From: Nemertoderma westbladi
Lineage: Eukaryota > Animalia > Xenacoelomorpha
Assembly: GCA_032718475.1 (NCBI GenBank)
Contig: JAUCBJ010007039.1
Span: 1 to 41,274 of the forward strand
Direction of reading: 5' to 3'
Length of the DNA stretch: 41,274 nucleotides
The position numbers and the translations under genes were made by a program. Positions 12,456 to 25,112 of this stretch are shown here, piece after piece; position 1 is the first letter of the stretch, and each line of letters opens with the position of its first letter. Under the pieces are notes generated by a model. It did not search any database, was not told the origin of the DNA, and saw nothing but the letters and a program-made list of their open reading frames with translations.

Positions 12456-14062
12456 TTAGGAACCGAAGGTTACTTTCTGTAAGAATTTGATGTAATAATA
12501 ATAGTAGTAATATTTTGGAGCGAAATAACATAAAAACGGCTCTAACGATTTCGTTAAAATTTTGCATGACGCATTTTTTTGATGATCACTATCGATTCCC
12601 GCTGGTCCCATGTCTGTCCATAGAATGTTGGTTCGAAAAATAGACATAAACGAAAAAACGCCATAGACGCAATGATAAAACACCAGCTGGAGCACATGAA
12701 AAATGTATAGAGAGGGCCTAGTGATTCTATTCAATAGAGAAGGGGCCAACTAACAAGGATGTACTTTCTGTGCCAAGTTTTTATTTAATCACTCACTCTT
12801 TCAACCCAGACTATAGGCAAACATTAACTTGGTTAGTTTGTAATCTATTATCCCATCAGCTGAATAACTCTCCCCAGTGCTCTCCCCAGTGCTTACTAAG
12901 GGAATATCTACAAGGTGACTGACTCACTGCGTGCGCTATGTTAGGTGGTGGGTCAGTGGGGAATGAATTTTAGTTACACACATAGATGCTTCTGATGAGT
13001 GTTGGTTACTAATGGTACTATACTCAGCTAATAATAATAATTGATGTATTTAAAAATCCGAGAGGGAGGGAGGTGAGTTAATGACTTGCTTGGCAAACAT
13101 TAATTATATTACTCTTTCAAACCAGAGGGAACACAGAGTGGAATCTACCTGTCTCTGTATAACATTTTACCCAGCTGATAGCTCCTTTAATCCAACACAA
13201 ACTGTTGCCCTGGATTCAATGAATGCGAATGTCTATTACAGTAGGTTCCTGGGAAAAGCTGGCCACCTGAATGACTATTTAGTTATAGAGTGTACACGTG
13301 TGAGGCCTTCGTGCAGCAGAAGCTGCAACGGCAAGCCATCTCAGCGAAGAATTATAATTATACTATGGCTAGTTATATATTCTGATATTGGCTATCCGAC
13401 AAACACACTGAAACCTACACCTAAGTGCACTGATGACTCGCAGTTCTAACTCGCCATATATGTACTGTTAACTGTAGGGTACTATTAATAAACTATACTA
13501 ATAGTGGCAATGTTAAATTAAAATGGAGTTTGGAGGTTTAATTATGTTTTTGCAACATTAATACTATGAGTGGTGTTTGGTATCAGATATAATTTAGATG
13601 TAGACAGGAGATGGTGCCTTAACTGCTTTAATAATTATTAGGAACAGATTATGAGATAATACAATTGTTTGCTAACTAACTTTGTTCACTACCTTGGTGC
13701 AATTTTTTATTCTAAATGCTGAACATGTGCAAATTACAATATTAGTATAGGTAGTGCTGGCTGATACTGGGTGCTCATATTTGCAACCATTTGTAACAAA
13801 TTGTAACCAGGGACATCAATTCGTGACAAGGTGCTCATATTTTTAACCAAACACATTGATTCGTAATGCGGAAATACAGATTGGTAACCAGGTATTCAAA
13901 TTCGTAATTGGAAATTCAAATTCGTAACCAGGCACTCAGATTCGAAACTGGTTTAGAGTTGATATCCTGAAAAAAAAAGTTTGCGGCTTATGGCCTGTAA
14001 AAATATTAGTTTCGGTTTGGTTTAACTTCGGTTCCTTCACGGCGTCTTGACGCCGTCATTAA
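12456..14062 (+). mobile_element. HINE/DINE-1-like element, unit 3
   Basis: Subterminal GGAACCGAA...TTCGGTTCC, diverged core with (TAA/TAG)n, and 3' hairpin ACGGCGTCTTGACGCCGT. The Gypsy LTR resumes immediately after. Confidence 0.72.
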
Positions 14063-14102
14063 TAATACAGTATAAAGATTGGGGCGAGCCATGAACACAA
14101 CA

Positions 14103-14213
14103 GGGGGGGCACTGTTAATAACTGCAGCTGCAGTCAGGGTACCCAATCTGGGGGGGGGGGGGGGGGGGGGGGGCACTGTTAATAACTGCAGCTGCAGTCA
14201 GAGTACCCAATCT
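14103..14213. repeat. Tandem duplication of a ~40-bp unit, each copy preceded by a G-run
   Basis: GCACTGTTAATAACTGCAGCTGCAGTCAG(G/A)GTACCCAATCT occurs twice. Confidence 0.8.
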
Positions 14214-15528
14214 CAATGAATTTAAATATTATAATATTATGACAGTAATTACTAATTATAATAATAATATTTAACGATATCAAAATACAATAAATGATGG
14301 ATTGCTACGGTAACATATATGTTCACAAATGACGTCATCATAACACTTCAGTACCAAATCAAAGGAATGTAAAACACACTTTATGGCCTATAGATCGCGC
14401 GCGAATAAAATGGTACTTTATACAATGAGATCTGCGATATACAATGTCTACACAATAAACTATAAAATCTCCACCAAATACAGTCTGAAATCAAAAAATA
14501 TTATGAAAACTTTATTGTAGTAAAAGTTGAGCGATTTGTGCGATGATATTAAAAATGGAGAAACATATTTTCCATATGATGCAACCCCAGGCTGCTCAGT
14601 ACAGTATGATTAAATGATGACGTAAATAACGTTAATATAGCACAATAATCTTATGAAAGATTGCCCCACCCTTCTAGCATAAAATATGTTTTTCTTTACT
14701 TAATTTTTAATTAATACTGATGATTAGAAACGGAACGGAAAATCGACATGTAAATTGTGACGGATAATATCAGCTAAACTGATCTAAACTAAACATGGTG
14801 GTAGCCATGGCCACCGTAGCCATGGTAACCCAAGCCTATGGAACTATATTATTTTAAGCATAGTGAAATAATAATTAATATAATATATTAATATAGTCTT
14901 CACTACGCGTGAGATTACAAACACAAATGTATTTACTTATTGCATTGGAAAAAAGTACAACTTTTTTCTCTAGCGGTAGGACTGTATTTTAAATTAAGAC
15001 TTTTTTCATTATTCTCGAGGCATTTTATTTACCGAGCGCCAAAAGGGTAAATAAAGGGTCGAGAGAATATTGAAAAAATAAATGATCTACGTTATTTTTC
15101 CCATGTAATACGTAATTTTATTATTAAATTGGTACTTGTTTTTCTTAATTATATTGCTTCCATAGTTACTGCGATTCTAATTACTGTACTATTCAACACC
15201 TGATGCTGCCTTACTCAATGTTAAATAATTTAGTGTTCTCGAATATTTATTACGTAACTAGAGCCGCTTAACAAAATAAACCAATACCTACGGTGGCCGT
15301 TATGGGCCACCGTAAATACCGGACATTGAGTTCCGTTTTGGAGTTCGTCTTGCAGACACTAAAGTTACAATAACTTTTCAGTGTCTGAATGGATTTTACT
15401 AAAATTACGTGCAAACCTTTTTTACTGAGTTGCTCTTTCCAAACATGTAATAACATTTAAGAAATTCCACCAAAATATGTTCACATTTTCTTATTATTAT
15501 GTTTTTCGTTAAAATACTTATATATATT

Positions 15529-17867
15529 GTGTAACACTATATCACCCTGTGTAACACTATATCGCCCTGTGTAAAACTATATAGCCCTGTGTAACACTAT
15601 ATCGCCCTGTGTAAAACTATATAGCCCTGTGTAACACTATATCGCCACGTGTAACACTATATCGCCCTGTGTAACACTGTATCGCCCTGTGTAACACTAT
15701 ATAGCCCTGTGTAAAACTATATAGCCCTGTGTAACACTATATCGCCCCGTGTAACACTATATCGCCCTGTGTAACACTATATCGCCCTGTGTAACACTAT
15801 ATCGCCCTGTGTAACACTATATCGCCCTGTGTAACACTATATCGCCCTGTGTAACACTATATCGCCCTGTGTAACACTATATCGCCCTGTGTAACACTAT
15901 ATCGCCCTGTGTAACACTATATCGCCCCGTGTAACACTATATCGCCCTGTGTAACACTATATCGCCCCGTGTAACACTATATCGCCCTGTGTAACACTAT
16001 ATCGCCCTGTGTAACACTACATCGCCCTATGTAACACTATATCGCCCTGTGTAACACTATATCACCCTGTGTAACACTATATCGCCCTGTGTAACACTGT
16101 ATCGCCGCCCTGTGTAACACTATATCGTCCTGTGTAACACTATATCGCCCTGTGTGACACTATATCGCCCTGTGTAACACTATATCGCCCTGTGTAACAC
16201 TCTATCTATCGCCCTGTGTAACACTATATCGCCCTGTGTAACACTATATCGCCCTATGTAACACTATATCGCCCTGTGTAACACTATATCGCCCTGTGTA
16301 ACACTATATCGCCCTGTGTAACACTCTATCGCCCTGTGTAACACTATATCGCCCTGTGTAACACTATATCGCCCTATGTAACACTATATCGCCCTGTGTA
16401 ACACTATATCGCCCTGTGTAACACTATATCGCCCTGTGTAACACTATATCGCCCTGTGTAACACTATATCGCCCTGTGTAACACTATATCGCCCTGTGTA
16501 ACACTATATCGCCCTGTGTAACACTATATCGCCCCGTGTAACACTATATCGCCCTGTGTAACACTATATCGCCCCGTGTAACACTATATCGCCCTGTGTA
16601 ACACTATATCGCCCTGTGTAACACTACATCGCCCTATGTAACACTATATCGCCCTGTGTAACACTATATCGCCCTGTGTAACACTATATCGCCCTGTGTA
16701 ACACTATATCGCCCTGTGTGACACTATATCGCCCTGTGTAACACTATATCGCCCTGTGTAACACTATATCGCCCTGTGTAATACTATATCGCCCTGTGTA
16801 ACACTATATCGCCCTGTGTAACACTATATCGCCCTGTGTAACACTATATCGCCCTGTGTAACACTATATCGCCCTGTGTAACACTCTATCGCCCTGTGTA
16901 ACACTATATCGCCCTATGTAACACTATATCGCCCTGTGTAACACTATATCGCCCTGTGTAACACTATATCGCCCTGTGTAACACTATATCGCCCTGTGTA
17001 ACACTATATCGCCCTGTGTAACACTATATCGCCCTGTGTAACACTATATCGCCCCGTGTAACACTATATCGCCCTGTGTAACACTATATCGCCCCGTGTA
17101 ACACTATATCGCCATGTGTAACACTATATCGCCCTGTGTAACACTACATCGCCCTATGTAACACTATATCGCCCTGTGTAACACTATATCGCCCTGTGTA
17201 ACACTATATCGCCCTGTGTAACACTGTATCGCCCTGTGTAACACTATATCGCCCTGTGTAACACTATATCGCCCCGTGTAACACTATATCGCCCTGTGTA
17301 ACACTATATCGCCCTGTGTAACACTATATCGCCCTGTGTAACACTATATCGCCCTGTGTAACACTATATCGCCCCGTGTAACACTATATCGCCCCGTGTA
17401 ACACTATATCACCCCGTGTAACACTATATCGCCCTGTGTAACACTATATCGCCCTGTGTAACACTACATCGCCCTATGTAACACTATATCGCCCTGTGTA
17501 ACACTATATCGCCCTGTGTAACACTATATCGCCCTGTGTAACACTATATCGCCCTGTGTAACACTATATCGCCCTGTGTAACACTATATCGCCCTGTGTA
17601 ACACTATATCGCCATGTGTAACACTATATCGCCCTGTGTAACACTATATCGCCCTGTGTAACACTATATCGCCCTGTGTAACACTATATCGCCCTATGTA
17701 ACACTATATCGCCCTGTGTAACACATTATCGCCCGGTGTAACACTATATCGCCCTATGTAACACTATATCGCCCTGTGTAACACTATATCGCCCTGTGTA
17801 ACACTATATCGCCCTATGTAACACTATATCGCCCTGTGTAACACTATATCGCCCTGTGTAACACTAT
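15529..17867. repeat. 20-bp minisatellite, ~117 copies
   Basis: Unit TGTGTAACACTATATCGCCC, highly homogeneous, with no unique spacers. Confidence 0.97.
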
Positions 17868-18121
17868 GTGATGTGTCTCCGGTGATATTGCAGCCGTCCA
17901 TCCCGCCGCAGTTATTCTTCAACCTTATAGTTGGTACTAGAGGTAAGCAGGCCCTGCAAGGATTCCCAATATGTAACCCAATCTGGCTATCGTTGAAAAA
18001 TAGCGAGATATGAGAGTTTGCAAGTTGCATGGTTTTGCAGCTGCGCGGGGCTAATTTATTCTATTTAATAAATATATCATATTCTGGAATACTTTTTTTA
18101 AATAATTTCTGTAACTTATTA

Positions 18122-18353
18122 GGCCGCGTTCACACTACCTAATAGAGTCAAAGTCAAAAGACAAAATCAAAAGAAAATAAATATAGCGAGTAATAATAAA
18201 TAATAATACATTATATAATATAATAAATACATGGGCATTCTAGAAAAAATTATATTTCATGTGATGTGTTTTACATTTTGTTTTTTTACTTTTACTTTGA
18301 CTCGGTAGTGTGAACGCGGCCTAGTGTGAACGTGGCCTAGTGTGAACGCGGCC
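18122..18353. mobile_element. PIF/Harbinger-like MITE with the right TIR end triplicated
   Basis: TIR GGCCGCGTTCACACTACC / GGTAGTGTGAACGCGGCC, TTA/TAA-type flanks, and TAGTGTGAACGYGGCC three times in tandem. Confidence 0.65.
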
Positions 18354-18695
18354 TAAAACTAATAGTTATAAATTTAGTATTTCTCCCAAATATGAATCAA
18401 TCAATCAATCATTAAATAATGTATTAATATCACAATGTATTATATAAAGTTATAATAAACGATTCCATAATGATACTAAATCATATATTTCCATGGAAAC
18501 GGAACGTCAACCAATATGATTGCAACAGTTCGCCATCTAGCAGTCCTACCCCAAACAAGGACTTCACTATGTAGGACAGAGGGGATAGGGATGACAGATG
18601 TTATCTTAACCTGTATAATTCCAACCATATTCTGGAATATTTTGTTTATCCCGTACGTAGCTGGGCAACAATGCAAGGGCTCTATAATCATACTA

Positions 18696-19019
18696 CTAGA
18701 GACGGCGTCAAGACGCCATTAAGCAAGTCGGAAGTCATCAATCAAATGTAAATTCCATCAACAAGCTGTCATTGGTGTTATTTTACCATTGCGCCTATGG
18801 CGTTTTTTTTTTGTTTATCTCTATTTTTCGAGCCCAGAGGCTATGGACGGAGTAGCCGATCATGCCAGGGACCTTAGAATCGCGTATCTAGCTGGTGTGA
18901 AAATTTTATCAAAATCGTTAGAGTAGTTTTGGCTGTAGATCAGTCAGCCAGCCAGTCAGTCAGCCAGTCAGTCAATCAGCCAACAATTCTTACAGTAATC
19001 AAGTCCTACGACTTGCTAA
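18696..19019 (-). mobile_element. Internally deleted copy of the HINE unit-1 family
   Basis: Reverse complement of both unit-1 ends (CTAG, hairpin, subterminal IRs, microsatellite). Sits between A and T with no TSD. Confidence 0.8.
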
Positions 19020-20269
19020 TTATTCATACATAAACGAAATGTTCCAGAATATTGTTTATTTATTAAATAGATTAAAATAGCCTCACGCTGGTGCAAAACC
19101 ATGCAACATTTGAACGCCCATATCTCAGCTATTTTACGATGAAATTCAAATTGTGTTACATATTTGGCATCCTTGCACTGCCAGCTTTCCACTAGTATCT
19201 ACAAATCACTATAAGGTTGAAGAATAAGTGCAATACGACTGGTACAATATCGACGGAGATACTTTTTTTTAAACCATTGCAGCTAAAAAATTAAAGCAAA
19301 AATAAAAATTCTAGCTCACCCAGCAAGGAGGGGGGAGGTGAAACTATCTGTTTCAAATTTCATGCAATCTCATTAAGATTTGTAGAAAAATTTGGGGGGG
19401 GGGGGGGCATGTACCTGAATAACGTAGAAAAAAATGCTTAAAAAGTACCGAATAAGAATAAAATTACGTGGAAAAAACGTAGAAGATAAATTTTTCAATA
19501 TTCTTCATAACTTATCCGCCTAACAATTTCAGTTTTAGAGGCTCTAAAACCTAATTAATAAATTGTCGATTAATTAATTAGCGAATATAATGATTCCAAT
19601 AAGTTAATGGGGGGCCATTCATAAAAACGTCACATTCAATGAGGGGGGGGGGGGGGGGGGGTGGGGGTACACACTTATTTTGTGACATAGGGGGAGGGAC
19701 GTTGGCGCGGTATATGAGGTAACAATTATATGGTAGTGTCTTTAGTTTAGTAAAACACTTTACATGGCTTTACTGTCGTCAGCGCTGCTGTTGCAAAACT
19801 AGGTTATTTTGTTGCTTATGTTGTTATTTAGGTTGCCAATAACAACATAACCACGTCACGCCTCGTGACATAATGTTGTGCGAGGTTGCCGCTGTTACAC
19901 ACACACGGTATAAGTATATCGCGATTCATTTTGTCAACAACGCAATAGGCCAACCAACTGTTGGATTTTGTGTGTTGTCATGTAACTAAGTGACTGACTA
20001 AGTGAAAATGGCAACTTGAAGGAATTTGCGTTGGCGAAATAATGAAATTAAATTATCAAAAACTAGCTAGTAGATAAAATGACCCACTATTTATTTTACA
20101 GTCAAACTAGCCAAGTTGCTCTAAAAGTTGCCACGTGTAAACAGGCTATTATAAAGCATTGGAAAAGCTATTTATAATATCCTAGAATAACATGAACCCA
20201 TTCAATAAACTACCTAAGTAGTTAGAGTCGGCGAAACTGAAACAAATTTCGGACAATAATAATTGAGCG

Positions 20270-20462
20270 CTACTGTTTATCGCCTAGATGCGAATATTTA
20301 GGCACTTTGGTTGGCGTAGCAACAAGCAACGAAGGGACAGCCGGTTTACCACTGATTAATCCGCGAACAACCCCGGGGTCCGCCAATGTTGTGACGTCAC
20401 CTAGGTTGTCGTTATCACCGGCTGCTATCTTCCGCAATATTCGCCTCATAATCTTTCCAGAT
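20270..20462 (-). CDS. ACSS1: Acetyl-CoA synthetase (ACSS1-like), last coding exon (absent from the ORF track)
   Basis: Acceptor ttttatag|A TCT GGA AAG gives (R)[38 protein letters not shown]...LGDKQ*, completing the PKTRSGK motif. TAG stop at 20270-20272. Confidence 0.92.
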
Positions 20463-20519
20463 CTATAAAAAATAATAAAATTAAAAAATTGAGAGAAACA
20501 GTATATTGTTGGCTTGTTA

Positions 20520-21183
20520 GTTGGTTCAGTTAATCAATAAAGGATCAGTTACCTTGTTTTAGGAAGTCCGTTGGTTCAGTTAATCAATAAAGGATCAGTT
20601 ACCTTGTTTTAGGAAGTCCGTTGGTTCAGTTAATCAATAAAGGATCAGTTACCTTGTTTTAGGAAGTCTGTTGGTTCAGTTAATCAATAAAGGATCAGTT
20701 ACCTTGTTTTAGGAAGTCCGTTGGTTCAGTTAATCAATAAAGGATCAGTTACCTTGTTTTAGGAAGTCCGCTGGTTCAGTTAATCAATGAAGGATCAGTT
20801 ACCTTGTTTTAGGAAGTCCGTTGGTTCAGTTAATCAATAAAGGACCAGTTACCTTGTTTTAGGAAGTCCATTGGTTCAGTTAATAAATAAAGGATCAGTT
20901 ACCTTGTTTTAGGAAGTCCGTTGGTTCAGTTAATCAATAAAGGATCAGTTACCTTGTTTTAGGAAGTCCGTTGGTTCAGTTAATCAATAAAGGATCAGTT
21001 ACCTTGTTTTGGGAAGCCCGTTGGTTCAGTTAATCAATAAAGGATCAGTTACCTTGTTTTGGGAAGTCCGCTGGTTCAGTTAATCAATAAAGGATCAGTT
21101 ACCTTGTAGTTACCTTGTTTTGGGAAGTCTGTTGGTTCAGTTAATCAATAAAGGATCAGTTACCTTGTTTTGGGAAGTCCGTT
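20520..21183. repeat. 50-bp tandem repeat (~13 copies) spanning the ACSS1 exon end and splice donor
   Basis: Minus-strand unit AACGGACTTCCYAAAACAAG|GTAACTGATCCTTTATTGATTAACTGAACC. Confidence 0.95.
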
Positions 21184-21406
21184 AGTAAATTGTATCATTT
21201 CCGGAACCGCGTGGGGCGCTATCTCCTTCCGCACCAATAATCTCAGGTCTTTTTCGATGACGTCATAAGACACTGTTACGTCATCTTTGAGTATGACGTA
21301 AGCGTAAACTCCTTCCCCTTTTATATCATGGGGGAATCCAACTACAGCTGATTCGGCCACTGCAAAATGCTCATCCAGAACATTCTCAACTTCTGCCGTA
21401 CCGAGG
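21164..21406 (-). CDS. ACSS1: Acetyl-CoA synthetase (ACSS1-like), penultimate exon
   Basis: Acceptor tctttcag|C CTC GGT completes [40 protein letters not shown]...GLPKT(R). Donor ACAAG|GTAA. Confidence 0.93.
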
Positions 21407-21672
21407 CTGAAAGAATAAATTATTAAAATACCTCAACTCCATTATAGAAATATTATAGGCTAATAAGTTACAATTCAAATTATTTATTATCGAAGAATAA
21501 GGAAGAATATGAAGCTCGGACGGTTTTGTAAATTTTACCTTGTTTTGTATAATTAATTATAGTATATATGTATATAAAAACTTTGCTATATAGAAACAGT
21601 ATAACGTGCAAGTGCTTACTAATTTGTAGGAGTAAGTTGTAGTACAAATACTAAGCGCTGGGTTGGGTTGGT

Positions 21673-24316
21673 AGTAGTAGGGTCTTGGCCGGCTCGGCGA
21701 CAGTTAGACCTCACTAACTGGCGCCAGACTGTCTGGGTGACACCCAATGTCGCCCTATGGGTGTCATTTGGTGCCATTGGCGCCAGACTGTCTGGGTGAC
21801 ACCTAATTAGGCTAATTAGACCCTAATTGACAGATAAAATAAAACTAAAATAAACCCTAATTAGGAGTCGTAAGACACCTATTAGGGTTTAATTGTACTA
21901 ATTAATTGATGACACCTGTCAATTAGGGTCTAATTAGCCTAATTAGGAGGTGTCACCCAGATGATTACCCAGATTGATTATCCTAATTAATCAATACGAT
22001 ACGCAATGGTGTCAGTGATGTCTAACTGTCGCCTAGAGGCCCAAGAGGGTGTCATAAGTGACACCGCATCTCTTTTATTTATTAATTCTTAGTTATTTGT
22101 ATTTAATTTTAATTTATTTAATTGTATTTATTTTTACTTTATTTATTTGTATTTAATTTTAAATTAATTATTCATTTGTACTTTATTTTAAATTAATTAA
22201 CTGTATTACTTTTACTTTATATATTGGTTTCTATTTTTAGATTAATTAGTTTTTATATTACTTACCGCTACTAAATGAGATCACTATGACATAATATCTA
22301 TATTTAGCTCTAATTACTCTATCGCATCCCACGTGCCACATTTCACATTCACTATCAACTACTCTCAACAGCGGCCCCCCTCCTCTGCCGTCGTTATTCA
22401 TTAAGTAGATACAACGCGGTCTCTATTGCATTGAATCTACACGTATACCCCCAAGGCAAATAAATCAGCGGTCCCCCTGTTAGCGACCCCTTTGATGACT
22501 CACTAATAATCCCAGCGCGGCCTTGACTACTTTAAATCCGTATATAGCCCGAGGCTAATGTTCCAACGGCCCTTCTCTGACGATACTATAGCTGGCATCC
22601 CTTTGATCCCTTTGCTGTATCCAATCCAGGCATCCTGTATCATAACAATGAAGCGCCTCTAAACACGCATTCCTCTCTACTAATCCCATTCCTCTGCAAC
22701 AGACCTATTGCTGTTATACACTCAACTCAACTTAATTAGTCATAGGGGTATACAGGGCTTTTCTAATATAGAATTAACATCGCGAGAAGTCGCCCTGGTT
22801 ACCGCTTATGCATGAACACACAATTAGCGAACCAGCCCATTGCTGCTGCGCCCTGATTGGCTCATTTAAGAGATAACGGCCTCCCTCAACATCCAAATTG
22901 CTTTTTAATAAGCCTCTCATCAAGATATTACGCCATTATTTCATTTGCAAGTTACAACTAGCATCATTTATCACTATTTTGTTTTCGAGTTTATTATTAT
23001 TTATTAAGAGTATTTATTTATTATCATCAATCGGCATGCTGCATTGCAGCTGCATTTTTAAGAATGCTGTGCGTGCTTATCGACAAAATTGCACCGCCAC
23101 AACTCCCTATCACCCATGACATTTGCTAGATCATCCGCATCTTCAAGGCCAGTGTCCTTTAAGATGCGTCTCAAGAAAGTCATGGGCTGTCCACCATGCT
23201 TATTCACTCCATGAGGCTGCCAAAGTACAAGATTATGCACTGCTGGTCCTCACGGCGAAAGCAATGTCCTGCAAAGCGGAGGCAATTTTGTTCTAGTGTC
23301 AAGCTTGGGGGAACCAATGAGACACCTCCAATGTTATATAGTGCCTGGTTGGATATGTGTGCATTGTACTTGACACAATGAACCCGGCGTAGCATTCTTG
23401 TGAATGTGCCATCCGGAGATTTGGTGTCCTCAGCAGTTAGAGCCCAGCATGGACTCCCATAGAGGAGTACTGGAACTACTGCTGCTCTAAATAATCGGAC
23501 CTTAAGTGTCCGATTAATTCTCAATGACTTCCAAATCCTGGAAAGCCTATTCAAGGCTGCCCATGCCTTTCCCTTGCGTATTCGAAGGTCCTCACCTGAC
23601 TTCCGGATCCATGATCACAGGTATCAGAAGTCGTCCACATGCTCAAGCATACCATCTTTTGAGCTTATGCTCATCCGATCAGAGACTTGCTGAGGACTAT
23701 CAAAGTTAACTGTCAAAATTTTGGTCTTTCTGGAGTTAATAAAAAGACCAACACTAGAAGCAGCATGTTCTAATGAGCTGAGGAGCCATTGGGCTCCCTC
23801 TAGTGATTCTGAGAGTACTCCTAAGTCATCAGCAAAGTCTAGATCAGTTAGGTTCTTGGCAGGATTTCCTCGACTTCTGGAGCCAGTAGGTGGAGTTATC
23901 ATCACCCCATCATCATTATGATGATCTAAGGACATGCATAGAACATAGTCAACAACAATTATGAACAAGAATGGTGCAAGTGTGTCTCCCTGGAGGACGC
24001 CCCATAACACTTCAAATGGTTCTGTGTCACCGTCAACAGTAGACACAAATGTTGTCGAACCATCGTATACTGATCTGATTGCTGCAATAATTTCATCAGG
24101 AATCCCATATAATGAAAGTACGCTGAACATACGTGAGCGAGACACTGAATCAAAGGCCTTGAAGAAGTCAACAAAGATAACAGCCAGATGCCTGTCTTTC
24201 TTTTTTGATAACTCTTCAATTATCCTTCTAAGTGCCAAAATGGGCTCCATGGTCCCACGACCTTAGTGACCTCAGTGAGGTCTAACTGTCGCCGAGCCAG
24301 CCAAGACCCTACTACT
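21673..24316. mobile_element. TIR element A with AGTAGTAG termini (Polinton-like or unclassified), non-autonomous
   Basis: ~43-bp TIR AGTAGTAGGGTCTTGGCCGGCTCGGCGACAGTTAGACCTCACT with its reverse complement at 24274-24316. Internal inverted repeat at ~21794-21958. Confidence 0.75.
23030..24263 (-). pseudogene. 5'-truncated, frameshifted copy of the RTE-like LINE inside element A
   Basis: Near-identical reverse complement of ~36822-38059. RT peptides FVDFFKAFDS, QGDTLAP and DFADD, plus the 3' end ATGCAGCTGCAATGCAGCATGCCGAT. Confidence 0.92.
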
Positions 24317-24914
24317 GTAGTAGTAGGGTCTTGGGCGGCTCGGTGACAGTTGGACCCCACTGACTGGCGCCAGACTGTCTGGGTGACACCTCCTAATTAG
24401 GCTAATTAGACCCTAATTGACAGTTGTCATCCATTAATTAGTACAATTAAACCCTAATAGGTGTCTTACGACTCCTAATTAGGGTTTAATTGATTGTCCT
24501 AATTAATCAATCCGATACGCAATGGTGTCAGTGTGGTCCAACTGTCACCTAAAGGCCTAAGAGGGTGTCATAAGTGACACCACAGCTCTTTTATTTATTA
24601 ATTCTTATTTATTTGTATTTAATTTTAATTAATTATTTGTATTTAATTTTACTTTATTTATTTTTTATTTAATTTTAAATTAATTATTTATTTGTACTTT
24701 ATTTTAAAATAATTAATCGTATTACGTATTACTTTGAATGACGTCATTATGACATAATATCTATATTTAGCTCTATGGTATACAGCTACCCTACTGGCAA
24801 CACATTCCTCTCGCAGCCCCTTTGTCTTCGTTATTCAATGGCGCCACTCTGGCTACCATTGAATAACATTGGGCAAACATTATCTCGCCTTGTATGACAT
24901 CATCAAAGCTGCTC

Positions 24915-24995
24915 TCTGATTGGTTTAATTATACACTGTTTTCTCCCTCCTATCCCCCGATTGGCTAATCCATTTTAGCCCCCTCTATAATAGCC
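24915..24995 (+). promoter_or_regulatory. Putative Pol II promoter of the element-B gene
   Basis: Two inverted CCAAT boxes (GATTGG at ~24918 and ~24959) and CTATAATA at ~24985, ~125 bp upstream of ATG 25113. Motif-only evidence. Confidence 0.35.
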
Positions 24996-25112
24996 CCCCA
25001 TTCACCACATTCCCAGTCATTGTCTCATTGTTTTCCTGAAAAGTTTTAATTATTTTAGTAAAAGTATTTATTTATTTCTATTTCCTAAACGAGTTACCGG
25101 TACACAATCACG

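Larger units (their letters stand above)
1..14102 (-). mobile_element. Ty3/Gypsy LTR retrotransposon (possibly Mag-like), decayed, both LTRs interrupted; extends past the left edge
   Basis: Gag-PR-RT-RH-IN order on the minus strand. LTR sequence at 1-24 plus 4134-4293 matches 9280-9418 plus 14063-14102. PPT and PBS-like motifs are present. Confidence 0.9.
9156..14102 (-). repeat. Gypsy 5' LTR (~300 bp reconstituted from 9156-9418 and 14063-14102), split by a 4.6 kb insertion
   Basis: TG...CA ends, followed on the minus strand by TTAAA and a PBS-like TGGCACAGTG (9141-9150). TTGCCTTA|TAATACAG is contiguous in the 3' LTR and split here. Confidence 0.82.
17874..19262. mobile_element. Old element with diverged ~220-bp inverted arms, hosting nested insertions
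   Basis: 17874-18095 is an imperfect reverse complement of ~19035-19262 (for example TTATTCTTCAACCTTATAGT / ACTATAAGGTTGAAGAATAA and CATGGTTTTGCA / TGCAAAACCATG). Confidence 0.6.

Noticed and set aside
14717-14732. Hammerhead ribozyme core CTGATGA...GAAA
   Set aside because: Only 3 nt separate the motifs, so there is no stem II, and I found no flanking stems.
15529-17867. CRISPR array
   Set aside because: Contiguous 20-bp units with no unique spacers, no cas genes, and a eukaryotic context.
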